Of a stretch of DNA of 64,000 nucleotides, positions 49,200 to 57,625 are shown piece by piece. The stretch covers positions 480,001-544,000 of the forward strand of contig CAWBMP010000002.1 in the NCBI GenBank assembly GCA_963790025.1, in the 5' to 3' direction. The notes beneath the pieces are model-generated. The model made no database searches and was not told the DNA's origin. It saw only the letters and a program-made list of their open reading frames with translations. This stretch comes from Nitrospirota bacterium. GTDB taxonomy: Bacteria; Nitrospirota; Thermodesulfovibrionia; Thermodesulfovibrionales; Dissulfurispiraceae. Within the stretch, counting starts at the first letter, position 1, and each line of letters begins with the position of its first letter. The translations under genes and the position numbers were made by a program.

Positions 49200-50173
49200 C
49201 TGTATCTTCCCCCATAGAGCTTATGAACAACTTCGAGGGCCGCCTTTGCATCCTCGAGATTTCCAGCAGGCTCAATATCCGTACCGATAGCCTGCACAAA
49301 ATAATCGAATTCAGTCTTCCATGAGTTGTCGGGAAAGGGATATTCCCATATAGTTGTTTCCGGGGGGCCCATCTGGGGAAGCATTCTATAGTAGGTCAAA
49401 CGTTCAACTCCATAACTGCCTCCAAGTCCGTCAATCTGGAGCTTTCCGTTCCTGCCGTATATTTCGAGGCAAAACATGTTTTTCCACTCGGAGCAACTGG
49501 CATGCAACCACGCCATCTGGTCCTTTTTCGTACGCATGGCTATAAAACCGTTATCTTCAACAGGCATGTTCCAGAAATACGTACCGACAAACCCCTCAAC
49601 TACATCGAAATCCCCCATAATCCAGCGGGACAAGTCAATTAAATGGACACCCTGATCCAGGAGTTCCCCACCACCGGCTACATGAGGATCTGCCCTCCAT
49701 TCCCGATCATAGCCGATGCGTCCGCCCTGCCCGTATCTTCCCCGGATAAACATCAATTCACCGAGAACGCCCGAATCGATAATCTTTTTTGCTTTCATCA
49801 TGGCCGGATGGAATCTCAGGTTGAACCCGACTTTTACCTTTCGTCCAAGTGAACGTGCCTTTTCGATGAGAGGCCCTATTTCCTGTGGGGAACGGGCCGC
49901 GGGTTTTTCCACTAAGACGTGCTTGCCATGCTCCACAGCAAACAGGCTGACAGGTGTAAGCCAGTCATTAGTTGTGGCAACAATTACAAGTTCGACTTCA
50001 GGATGGCCGACTGCCGTTCTCCAGTCGGTCGTCGCAACCGCGTTATCTCCGAAGCCGCTGACACACTGCGCCCTTTGGATATTATTGTCTGCAGTTATTA
50101 TCAACTGGTGCCTACCGAGGGCCCTCGCCCTTTTCTCCCCTATCAACCCGCAGCCCACAATCGCAATTTTCAT
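49196..50173 (-). CDS. Gfo/Idh/MocA oxidoreductase
   Basis: GCGLIG, VEKP, GFNLRFHP, GGGELLDQGVHLID. Confidence 0.9.
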   Translation of the reverse strand: MKIAIVGCGLIGEKRARALGRHQLIITADNNIQRAQCVSGFGDNAVATTDWRTAVGHPEVELVIVATTNDWLTPVSLFAVEHGKHVLVEKPAARSPQEIGPLIEKARSLGRKVKVGFNLRFHPAMMKAKKIIDSGVLGELMFIRGRYGQGGRIGYDREWRADPHVAGGGELLDQGVHLIDLSRWIMGDFDVVEGFVGTYFWNMPVEDNGFIAMRTKKDQMAWLHASCSEWKNMFCLEIYGRNGKLQIDGLGGSYGVERLTYYRMLPQMGPPETTIWEYPFPDNSWKTEFDYFVQAIGTDIEPAGNLEDAKAALEVVHKLYGGRYR

Positions 50174-50199
50174 ATAAGCGAACCCACGTCACTTCCCCG

Positions 50200-51016
50200 C
50201 TTCCCGGGAAAATCCTTTTCAAGATGATTTCGTTGCAAATTCCCTGTAATTTTCACGAACGTTATAAGCCTGCCAGATATCCTTATCATTTGCCTTTCCC
50301 GTTGCTGCAGAGAAACTCTAGGTAAGCACATAGAGAGTCCCCGACTTCAGGTGCCGTCCCGCCTGTGTCCTTTTGTTTCAGAGATCTTTCTAAAACTTTC
50401 CCCGGCTTTCCCAGCGCTCTCGATTATTTCCTGCGTCATTCCGGTCCTTACCGCTCCGGGCGCAACAGCGTTGATGCCAAATGCAGACACACGGCACTCT
50501 TCAGAAACTGTTTCGACCAGACGCAGCACGCCTGTCTTCGCCACTCCATAGGCAGAGAAATTAGGACGGGCGTGAGCCGCCACCCGAAAAATGGATGATT
50601 ATGCCGTAACGCTTTTCTTTCATATGGGGAATAATATATTTACATGAATAAAAGATACCGAACAGGTTTATTTCAATGGCCCTTGTCCATTCTGTGCTGT
50701 CCACATCTTCTATTTGTCCCTTGGGGCCGTATACGCCGGCATTATTGACAAATATGTCGATACTATTCAGATCATCAATACTCCTGGCGATGAAACTGTT
50801 CACATCGGACTCAACAGAGACATCGGCTTTTAATGAGATTATCTTCTGGCTTGGTCCAGCCATACACATCAGCCTCTCTCTCGCATTCTCAAGCTTAATA
50901 TCATCTCTAGCGCAAATTACCAGTGATGCTCCTTCTTTCACAAACTCTTCAGCAATTGCCAATCCGAGCCCCTGATTGGCGCCTGTAATAATAGCATTAC
51001 GGTTTTTCAGTCGCAC
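50200..51016 (-). pseudogene. Short-chain dehydrogenase/reductase, frameshifted
   Basis: TGANQGLG, NNAG and SGGG in one frame; RPNFSAYGVAK (YxxxK) and NAVAPG in another after ~50575; 3' end further degraded and its boundary is approximate. Confidence 0.8.
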
Positions 51017-51019
51017 TCA

Positions 51020-52305
51020 CGGGCCGCCACGGTATCATAGATTTATGTTATCCTTAGTCACTAAAAAGGCCCCGAACAAATCCGTTCTCAATGCACAACT
51101 TTACCTTTTAAAGAGCTCACGGATCTCTTGTCTATTTCCCGCAAAGAAGGGTGCTCGGTTGCAACAATAATGCAGCAGCTCCGAGCAGGGCATCTTCAGA
51201 AGATGCCGCAAGGGTAATGATTCCCTTCAAATTGTCGGGCAATTCCTGAACATGCGGGTCAACTGCCGAATAATAGCCCCTTGACTGTTCAGCCACTTAC
51301 ATAATTCAACCGACCAGGACCTCCTGAGAGCGCCGGTCCCGGGCTTATACGTCAGACCCAAAACAGTGATTGCCCTGCCCTTCAAATCCTTTAGGTATTC
51401 CATGCACTTTCTTTTTGCCCAGTCCTTATGGTGTGCGTTACTCTCTCTTACGGCCTCAAACAGATAATTGATACGCTTGTGCTCCTCTCCGATTTTAATA
51501 AGAAAATTTATGTCTCTAGCCAATGTGCCGCCGGCGAAAGCTGACCCCGGCTTAACATATGCCTTTTGTCCGATCCTCTCCTCTGTCTTCAGTCCCCGTT
51601 CCACTTCAAGGGCATCAGCGCCCACTGATTCGCACAACGCAGCTATTTCATCCGCAAAAACAATCGATATTGCAAGGAATGCATTGATTGCATGCTTCGT
51701 GATCTCTGCGGATGCAATTCCCATCCATTCAAGCCGATCGCTTATGGATGAAAAAATTGGACTAATTAATGCAATATCCTGCCTTTTCCGAACACCGATT
51801 ACTATCCTGTCCGGGTTCTCAAATACCTGAATTGCTTTTCCCAGCCGCAGGTTTTCGGGAGAGTAGAGCAAAAATAAAATTACGGTCGAGGAAACGCTCA
51901 CTTGAAGGTATTTTTCAATCCTTTCGGCAAAATGTACGGGCACCTGGGATGATATGATAATCCTGCCTATCCGGCTCCCGCCGAAAATCCGATATGCACC
52001 GTATCTTCCATTCTATGAAGTCAATGTCCGCCAGGTCATCCTCGTCAACCGGGGTATCAAATGCAATCCATACAGCATCGGCATCTTTTAGAGCGGCTGC
52101 AGGATCATCAGTAAAATCAAGACTTCTATCTTCGAGCCCTTGTCGTACTAATTCCTCAAGCCCCGGTTCATATACAGGGAGCTGTCCCTTCTTCAATCCG
52201 GAAATAGTTTCTTTATCATAGTCCAGTCCCGTTACGGCAAGTCCTCTCCGGGCCATACAGGCAGCAATAACGGTCCCAAGATGCCATAGCCCGAAAACAC
52301 AAATA
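51020..52305 (-). pseudogene. UDP-glucose/GDP-mannose dehydrogenase-family protein without the catalytic Cys (LmbL-like candidate), multiply frameshifted
   Basis: NICVFGLWHLG with no start codon, LPVYEPGL, FDTPVD, SPENLRLG, AEITKHAIN, FAGGTLARD, LGLTYKP spread over at least three frames. Confidence 0.8.
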
Positions 52306-53256
52306 TTCTCCTTTCAAACACCCAGGGGTTTTCTTCAGAAATTCCACTGTCCTGATAACAGCGTCCTGTATTGTCAGCCTGGGCCGCCACCCGAGGTTCC
52401 TGATCCTCGAGCAGTCCAGAAAAATAAACGGGCTGTCGCCAATCCATCCCCGCTCTCCGCCTGCATATTTCAGTGCAGGCTTAATCCCCAGATTTTCAGT
52501 AATCCAGGCGATGGAATTATTGACTTCACAGTATTCATCTGTTCCAAGATTTAGAATGTTCACTTTCTCATGGGCCTTATCGGCAGCGAGGAGCATCGCA
52601 TCGATACAATCCTGAACATAAAGGTATGACTTCCGCTGGTGTCCGTTTCCCAGGACGAACAATTCGTTAGGATTTGCCAGCAGCTTATTGTAAAAATCGA
52701 AGACATGCCCGTGAGTGTACCGCTCTCCCAGAATGGAAACGAATCTAAAAATCCACGCCTGGAAGCCGAAGCCTTCACAGTAGGCCGAAATCAAACTTTC
52801 TCCTGCAAGCTTGGAGGCGCCGTAAAGCGATGTCTGGACAGGGAACGGAGCGTTTTCCGGCGTAGGGAAAACATCCGGCTCTCCGTAAACAGAACCCGTT
52901 GAGGAGAAGGCTATCTTTTTAATTCCATTTGCCCTCATCGCCTCAAGGACATTAAATGTTGCAATAGTATTCTGCTCAAGATCTTTACGTGGGTGTTCCG
53001 TCCCAAAACGGACGTCCGCATTGGCTGCAAAGTGAAAAACAAAATCGCAACCCTGCATAGCCGCGTTCAGGGTTTCCGTATTGAGAAGGTCGTCCCTCAC
53101 AAGGATAAACCTCTTCGAACTTCCAGCCAGTTCGATGAACTCTTCGAACCCTGTTGAAAAATTGTCATATCCAACCACATAATGCCCATCCTGCAGAAGC
53201 CGGTCTGTCAGGGAACTTCCGATAAAACCGGCGCATCCCGTTATAAAATAGCGCAT
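52216..53256 (-). CDS. NAD-dependent epimerase (LmbM-like candidate); C-terminus altered by small deletions
   Basis: TGCAGFIGS, AANADV, SSTGSVYG, YGASK, GWIGD; the natural-looking tail NPWVFERR is in another frame at ~52330. Confidence 0.85.
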   Translation of the reverse strand: MRYFITGCAGFIGSSLTDRLLQDGHYVVGYDNFSTGFEEFIELAGSSKRFILVRDDLLNTETLNAAMQGCDFVFHFAANADVRFGTEHPRKDLEQNTIATFNVLEAMRANGIKKIAFSSTGSVYGEPDVFPTPENAPFPVQTSLYGASKLAGESLISAYCEGFGFQAWIFRFVSILGERYTHGHVFDFYNKLLANPNELFVLGNGHQRKSYLYVQDCIDAMLLAADKAHEKVNILNLGTDEYCEVNNSIAWITENLGIKPALKYAGGERGWIGDSPFIFLDCSRIRNLGWRPRLTIQDAVIRTVEFLKKTPGCLKGEYLCFRAMASWDRYCCLYGPERTCRNGTGL

Positions 53257-53265
53257 ATCATATCC

Positions 53266-54672
53266 TCATTTTTCTCCTTTCCTGTCTTCGTACAACGTTC
53301 CAAACCTGAATCTGAACAATGCCCAGATCCATAACAGCGGGTCCTTAATTAAAGAAACTTTTTTCCCTTGCTTGAACGAACGGGAATTATAATTTACAGG
53401 AATTTCCAGCGGCCGGTATCCTTTTCTCAATAATTTTATTACAATTTCCCAGTCAAAATCAAATCTGTTCGCCTTGAATGTCAACCCATAAAGACAATCG
53501 CGCCGGAAGATTTTATACATGGTAAACGGATCTTTCAGCTTTGAACCGCAAAAAAGATTCAAAAGGGAAGTGAAAAAAATCTGCCCAAAATTCATGATCA
53601 GCGACATCTGGGGTTGATCGGTAAAATGGCGCATTTTCCAGCCTTTTGAATGCCGAGACCCGAGAACAAACGCCTTTTGGTATTTCATAAGGGGTTCCAG
53701 CAGTTCATCGTAATCGTTAAGATCATATTCAAGGTCCCCGTCCTGGATCATTATGAAATCCCCGGCAGCGTATTGCAACCCTGTTCGGACCGCATGCCCC
53801 TTCCCTTGAGGCCTGTCCTCGAATACGAGCCTGACTCCCGGGGTGTCTTTGTAGCGCAGTACCTCTTCCCGGGTTCCATCAGTCGAATTGCTTTCCACAA
53901 CGATGACTTCTCTGTCCAGCCCCGGCAGTTCCTTTGCAAGCAGCGTTTCCATGAGTTCCGGAAAGGTTTCCTTTTCGTTGTAAACCGGTAAAATAACAGA
54001 AAGAGCAGGCTTGCTTTTCGCAGGCGACTTCCGGGACATGACAACCATAAACTGCTTGTTGCGGGAAATGCCGACATCGCGGAACCATGTCTTTGCCAGG
54101 GCATTCTGTATTGTCTGGGAATCGAAATAGTGAAGGTAATCGACCGGAACACCACCTCCGTTGCCGGTCACTGAGCTTTTGGGCCCGATATCGCATGAAG
54201 GAGTGGCAATCAAGAGACGGCCATCCGGTTTGAGTGCAGAATGTACCTTGAGCAACAGTTCTATGGGGTCCCGAACATGCCCGATAACATCAAACAAGGC
54301 ACAGACGTCGAACTGGCCGGAAGGCAGGTTTCCATATCCGGAAATATCGATGGACTGTACTTCAAACCCCGCCTCCATCGCCGCCGTGATCAAAGATCCA
54401 TTGCTGGAGCCGATTTCGAGAAGTCTTCCTTTTTCCTGGCCCGAATAATCAAGCAGACTCTTAAGAAATAATGGCACATCATAAAAACGGCTTTCATCAT
54501 GACGCCGCTGCAACCTTTCATCAGCCGGCTGCGGATTAAGGAAAACAAAGCCGCAGTCCTCGCATTGATATACAGCTTTCCCGTTCCTTACAAACGAATA
54601 ATGGATCCGGTTGCTGTCGCAAAGATAACAAGCGGGTTTGAAATTTGTTTCATTTTTAATTAGCAGGATCAA
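53266..54672 (-). CDS. Zn-ribbon/SAM-methyltransferase-like domain fused to a DPM1-like (polyprenyl-P) GT2
   Basis: CYLC...CEDC, LLEIGSSNG, FDVIGHV.DP; then ILPVYNE, GKGHAV, IQDGDLEYD, FVLGSR, FDWE. Confidence 0.82.
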   Translation of the reverse strand: MILLIKNETNFKPACYLCDSNRIHYSFVRNGKAVYQCEDCGFVFLNPQPADERLQRRHDESRFYDVPLFLKSLLDYSGQEKGRLLEIGSSNGSLITAAMEAGFEVQSIDISGYGNLPSGQFDVCALFDVIGHVRDPIELLLKVHSALKPDGRLLIATPSCDIGPKSSVTGNGGGVPVDYLHYFDSQTIQNALAKTWFRDVGISRNKQFMVVMSRKSPAKSKPALSVILPVYNEKETFPELMETLLAKELPGLDREVIVVESNSTDGTREEVLRYKDTPGVRLVFEDRPQGKGHAVRTGLQYAAGDFIMIQDGDLEYDLNDYDELLEPLMKYQKAFVLGSRHSKGWKMRHFTDQPQMSLIMNFGQIFFTSLLNLFCGSKLKDPFTMYKIFRRDCLYGLTFKANRFDFDWEIVIKLLRKGYRPLEIPVNYNSRSFKQGKKVSLIKDPLLWIWALFRFRFGTLYEDRKGEK

Positions 54673-57611
54673 TCTTTGTTTCCGCGAACTTTAAAAAAAA
54701 GAACACAGACCCCTGCAAAGGAGGCAGCCGATATGAAAAGCCCGTACATAAAAGACTTTGGCCGGTATTTAAACTTTATTATATGCGGACCGGCCTCAAG
54801 GGCCACTCCCCTGAACAAATAATCGGCTTTTAATATTTTGGTTTCCCTTCCGTCGACGTCTACCTGCCATCCCGGATAGTTGCTGTCATTAAGCATTAGA
54901 ATCCCGGGCTCTTTCATATCAGCGCTCACCACTACTTCCTGCGATTGATAGGAAAGGATCCTGGCAGGCTCCACTTTTTGAGGAGGCGCCTGACTGATAG
55001 TCCGCACAAGAGATATTTCGCTTTCTTTGCATTGTGAGCAATCGATAATCGCTTTTTCAAATATATTAAAAGACCGGTCCTTCAGCCGCGCCAAAACAGT
55101 ATCTTTATTATCGATCATTTCCGCGCTATAAAAAACAGACGCCCTCGGTAGAACGTCGGGGAATTCATAAATAAACACCTCTTTGTCATAGATCATCCTG
55201 AATGGCGCATTATTGTCATAGATTTTGCTGGATGGCACTTTCCCGCCCGCAAATCCTATGTCTCCCCAACCTGCCCAATCAGCCCTGTTGTCACCCTTCG
55301 GTCCGGGGTCGGTGGAAAAAAGTAAAGTCACATCTTTCCCTGCGTATTTGCTGAGGTCAAGCTCATATGCATGCCACTTTCTTTCAGACACGTTATGTTT
55401 GGGGTCTATGTACTTGTAAAATATTTTTTGAATACCTGCATCGGAAGTTTTGATCTCTATAGTGAACCCGACGCCATCCCCAATCACCTTCCCTTTGTAC
55501 ACATCGGGATGTATGCCGATCGCAAATTTCAGGAGCGCAGTATCCTTATTGATTACGGTCCTGTATGGAAGTCTGAAGGAAGGAGGGTGTTGGAAAAGGA
55601 CGTTTTTCCTGACTCCTGCTATTGCAAAACATTGCGGGCCGTCCCCAATATGGCCTTCCCTCTGATACTTCTCAATAAAATTGGCCTGTTTAAGTTGGGC
55701 AAATATATCACTCGTCATGCCCGTAAAAGTAGGATAAATGCTCAACAGATATTTTACCGAGGAAAGCTGCAGAAACCGCTTTCCATTAACAGTAATAAAA
55801 TCATATCTCTTATCGCCGGTGCCTGTAAACCTGTCTGAAAGATCACTGTTTATTTTGGAAAGATCACCGTTTATCGATGACTTGTCATTTTCGCCAAGAA
55901 AAAAACTCCTGATAAACGATCTATAGGCAGAATAGTACATTGCGTCAAGTGATCGAACATCGTAAAGTCCGAAAACCCCGGCCCAGTTGGGATAAAGCAC
56001 ACCCTCTACGCCAAAAACCCTGGAATAATCCCGATTACTTTTTTTTATAAAACTGATGTAAGGGGCCCCCTGATACGGATTTATGGTACGGTCGGGAAGC
56101 CGGCATAGGGTGTAAAAGGACGGGATAAAGTTCAGCGCTATCTCTATGAGCAGTACTGAAAGCGAGGAAATAATAATCCATTTTTTTTCGGAATATTTCC
56201 CGTACAGGTAGAACAGTATATATCCGTTGGCTAGCAGGACCAGGAATGCGGTGACCAGAAAAGTCACGTTCTTAATCGTGTGGAACTCAGGCTTGAACTT
56301 TAAGGAAAGTGCCCCGACAATAGAGACCGTTAAACAAAAAGCAATCCTTAAATATCGATTCTTAATATTCATGTTTAATGTCGAGAAGCCTATCGCCGCA
56401 AGTACTGCAACCGCAAATGAGAGCATACCCTCCTGGTATTTTGGATACATTATAAACTTCGAAAGGGGAAGATATCCGATCCAGTTGACCGGAGCTACGC
56501 CGAAATGCTTCATGAACATCGAAACAACGGAAACGGCAAAAAACACCACAAGCGTCCCGATCACAGTTGTTTCCTGTTTCCACGGCGGCCTGAAATATAC
56601 CACAATTGCAGTTAAGGCAAAAATAAATGGAGTGATTCCCCAGTAATACTCAGTCTGTGTGGATCCGAAAGCATGAGGTACGAGAAAGAAAAGAGTGTTC
56701 CTGAATTCATCCATCCCATGATGAAGTATACCGTAAATCATTCCGGTATGCTCGAACTGGTGACTATTAAACGAATTTTTCAGGAACTCCAGGAAGGGGA
56801 GCAGAAGAAAGGCCGACAATGAAAAACCGAGCACATTGGCGATGACAAAAACCTTCACCAGGCCCCATTTTTCCCGCGTTAGAGAGTCGTCGGTGAGAAG
56901 CCTGAAAATAAAATACATATACCCGAAATTCAGTACCAGGAAGGTGGATTCAGGCATTCCGCCCATAACAGAAAAGAAAACCGCGGCAGTAATCGCAATA
57001 ATGCTCTTTGGGCCCCCCTTTCTTAAAAGCATCTCAAAAGAGCAGAAGACCGCGGGCAGCATAACATCCACGCTGATATGAGGCATATTCAGATAAGTTA
57101 TATAATATCCTGAGAACATGAATATTATCGAACCCGCAAAGGAGGAAACATCATCTACAAAAAACCTCAGGAAGATATAACAGAACATCCCTGCAACAAA
57201 CAGGCGAAGTATCAGATAAAGATCATAGGTATACTCCGTGGTATGCAAAGCGAGCAGCAATGAAGGCGGATAGAAAGGCTGCGACTGCATGTTAGCAGCC
57301 AAAGGAGTTCCATAGGCGCTGTAAGGGTTCCAGAAGGGGAGGTTTCTTTCCTTCGCAAGCTCATAATTCATGATCTTGAACCAGGGTTCGGACTGCCAGG
57401 CGGGAGCGCCCGGGTCCCTTGTGCGTTCTCCTTTTAGCCCCCGAACATCTCCGTAAGCCCCGTTTGGCATGATACTCGCAGTGTTTCCGATGCCGAGCAT
57501 CAATGACTTATTACCCCAGATAACCGGGAAGAAGGCTGCATTTAGAACAACAATCAGGACCAAACCCGCGCGGAGACATTCGTTTTTCAGTAATTTGCCC
57601 GTAAACTGCAT
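54669..57611 (-). CDS. YfhO-like multi-TM GT-C family protein with an inserted soluble domain
   Basis: PFWNPYSAYGTPLAANMQS, many TMs, LPRA, YPGWQVDVDG; insert LFQHPP...GDGV...DLSKYAG...WAGW. Confidence 0.8.
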   Translation of the reverse strand: MQFTGKLLKNECLRAGLVLIVVLNAAFFPVIWGNKSLMLGIGNTASIMPNGAYGDVRGLKGERTRDPGAPAWQSEPWFKIMNYELAKERNLPFWNPYSAYGTPLAANMQSQPFYPPSLLLALHTTEYTYDLYLILRLFVAGMFCYIFLRFFVDDVSSFAGSIIFMFSGYYITYLNMPHISVDVMLPAVFCSFEMLLRKGGPKSIIAITAAVFFSVMGGMPESTFLVLNFGYMYFIFRLLTDDSLTREKWGLVKVFVIANVLGFSLSAFLLLPFLEFLKNSFNSHQFEHTGMIYGILHHGMDEFRNTLFFLVPHAFGSTQTEYYWGITPFIFALTAIVVYFRPPWKQETTVIGTLVVFFAVSVVSMFMKHFGVAPVNWIGYLPLSKFIMYPKYQEGMLSFAVAVLAAIGFSTLNMNIKNRYLRIAFCLTVSIVGALSLKFKPEFHTIKNVTFLVTAFLVLLANGYILFYLYGKYSEKKWIIISSLSVLLIEIALNFIPSFYTLCRLPDRTINPYQGAPYISFIKKSNRDYSRVFGVEGVLYPNWAGVFGLYDVRSLDAMYYSAYRSFIRSFFLGENDKSSINGDLSKINSDLSDRFTGTGDKRYDFITVNGKRFLQLSSVKYLLSIYPTFTGMTSDIFAQLKQANFIEKYQREGHIGDGPQCFAIAGVRKNVLFQHPPSFRLPYRTVINKDTALLKFAIGIHPDVYKGKVIGDGVGFTIEIKTSDAGIQKIFYKYIDPKHNVSERKWHAYELDLSKYAGKDVTLLFSTDPGPKGDNRADWAGWGDIGFAGGKVPSSKIYDNNAPFRMIYDKEVFIYEFPDVLPRASVFYSAEMIDNKDTVLARLKDRSFNIFEKAIIDCSQCKESEISLVRTISQAPPQKVEPARILSYQSQEVVVSADMKEPGILMLNDSNYPGWQVDVDGRETKILKADYLFRGVALEAGPHIIKFKYRPKSFMYGLFISAASFAGVCVLFFKVRGNKD

Positions 57612-57625
57612 AATTTATAAATGCC

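Noticed and set aside
45596..53256. Lincosamide antibiotic biosynthetic cluster
   Set aside because: Only sugar-pathway families are present. There is no amino-acid adenylation, carrier or condensation gene, thiol S-glycosyltransferase, aminotransferase or resistance gene, and the context is a surface-glycan locus.
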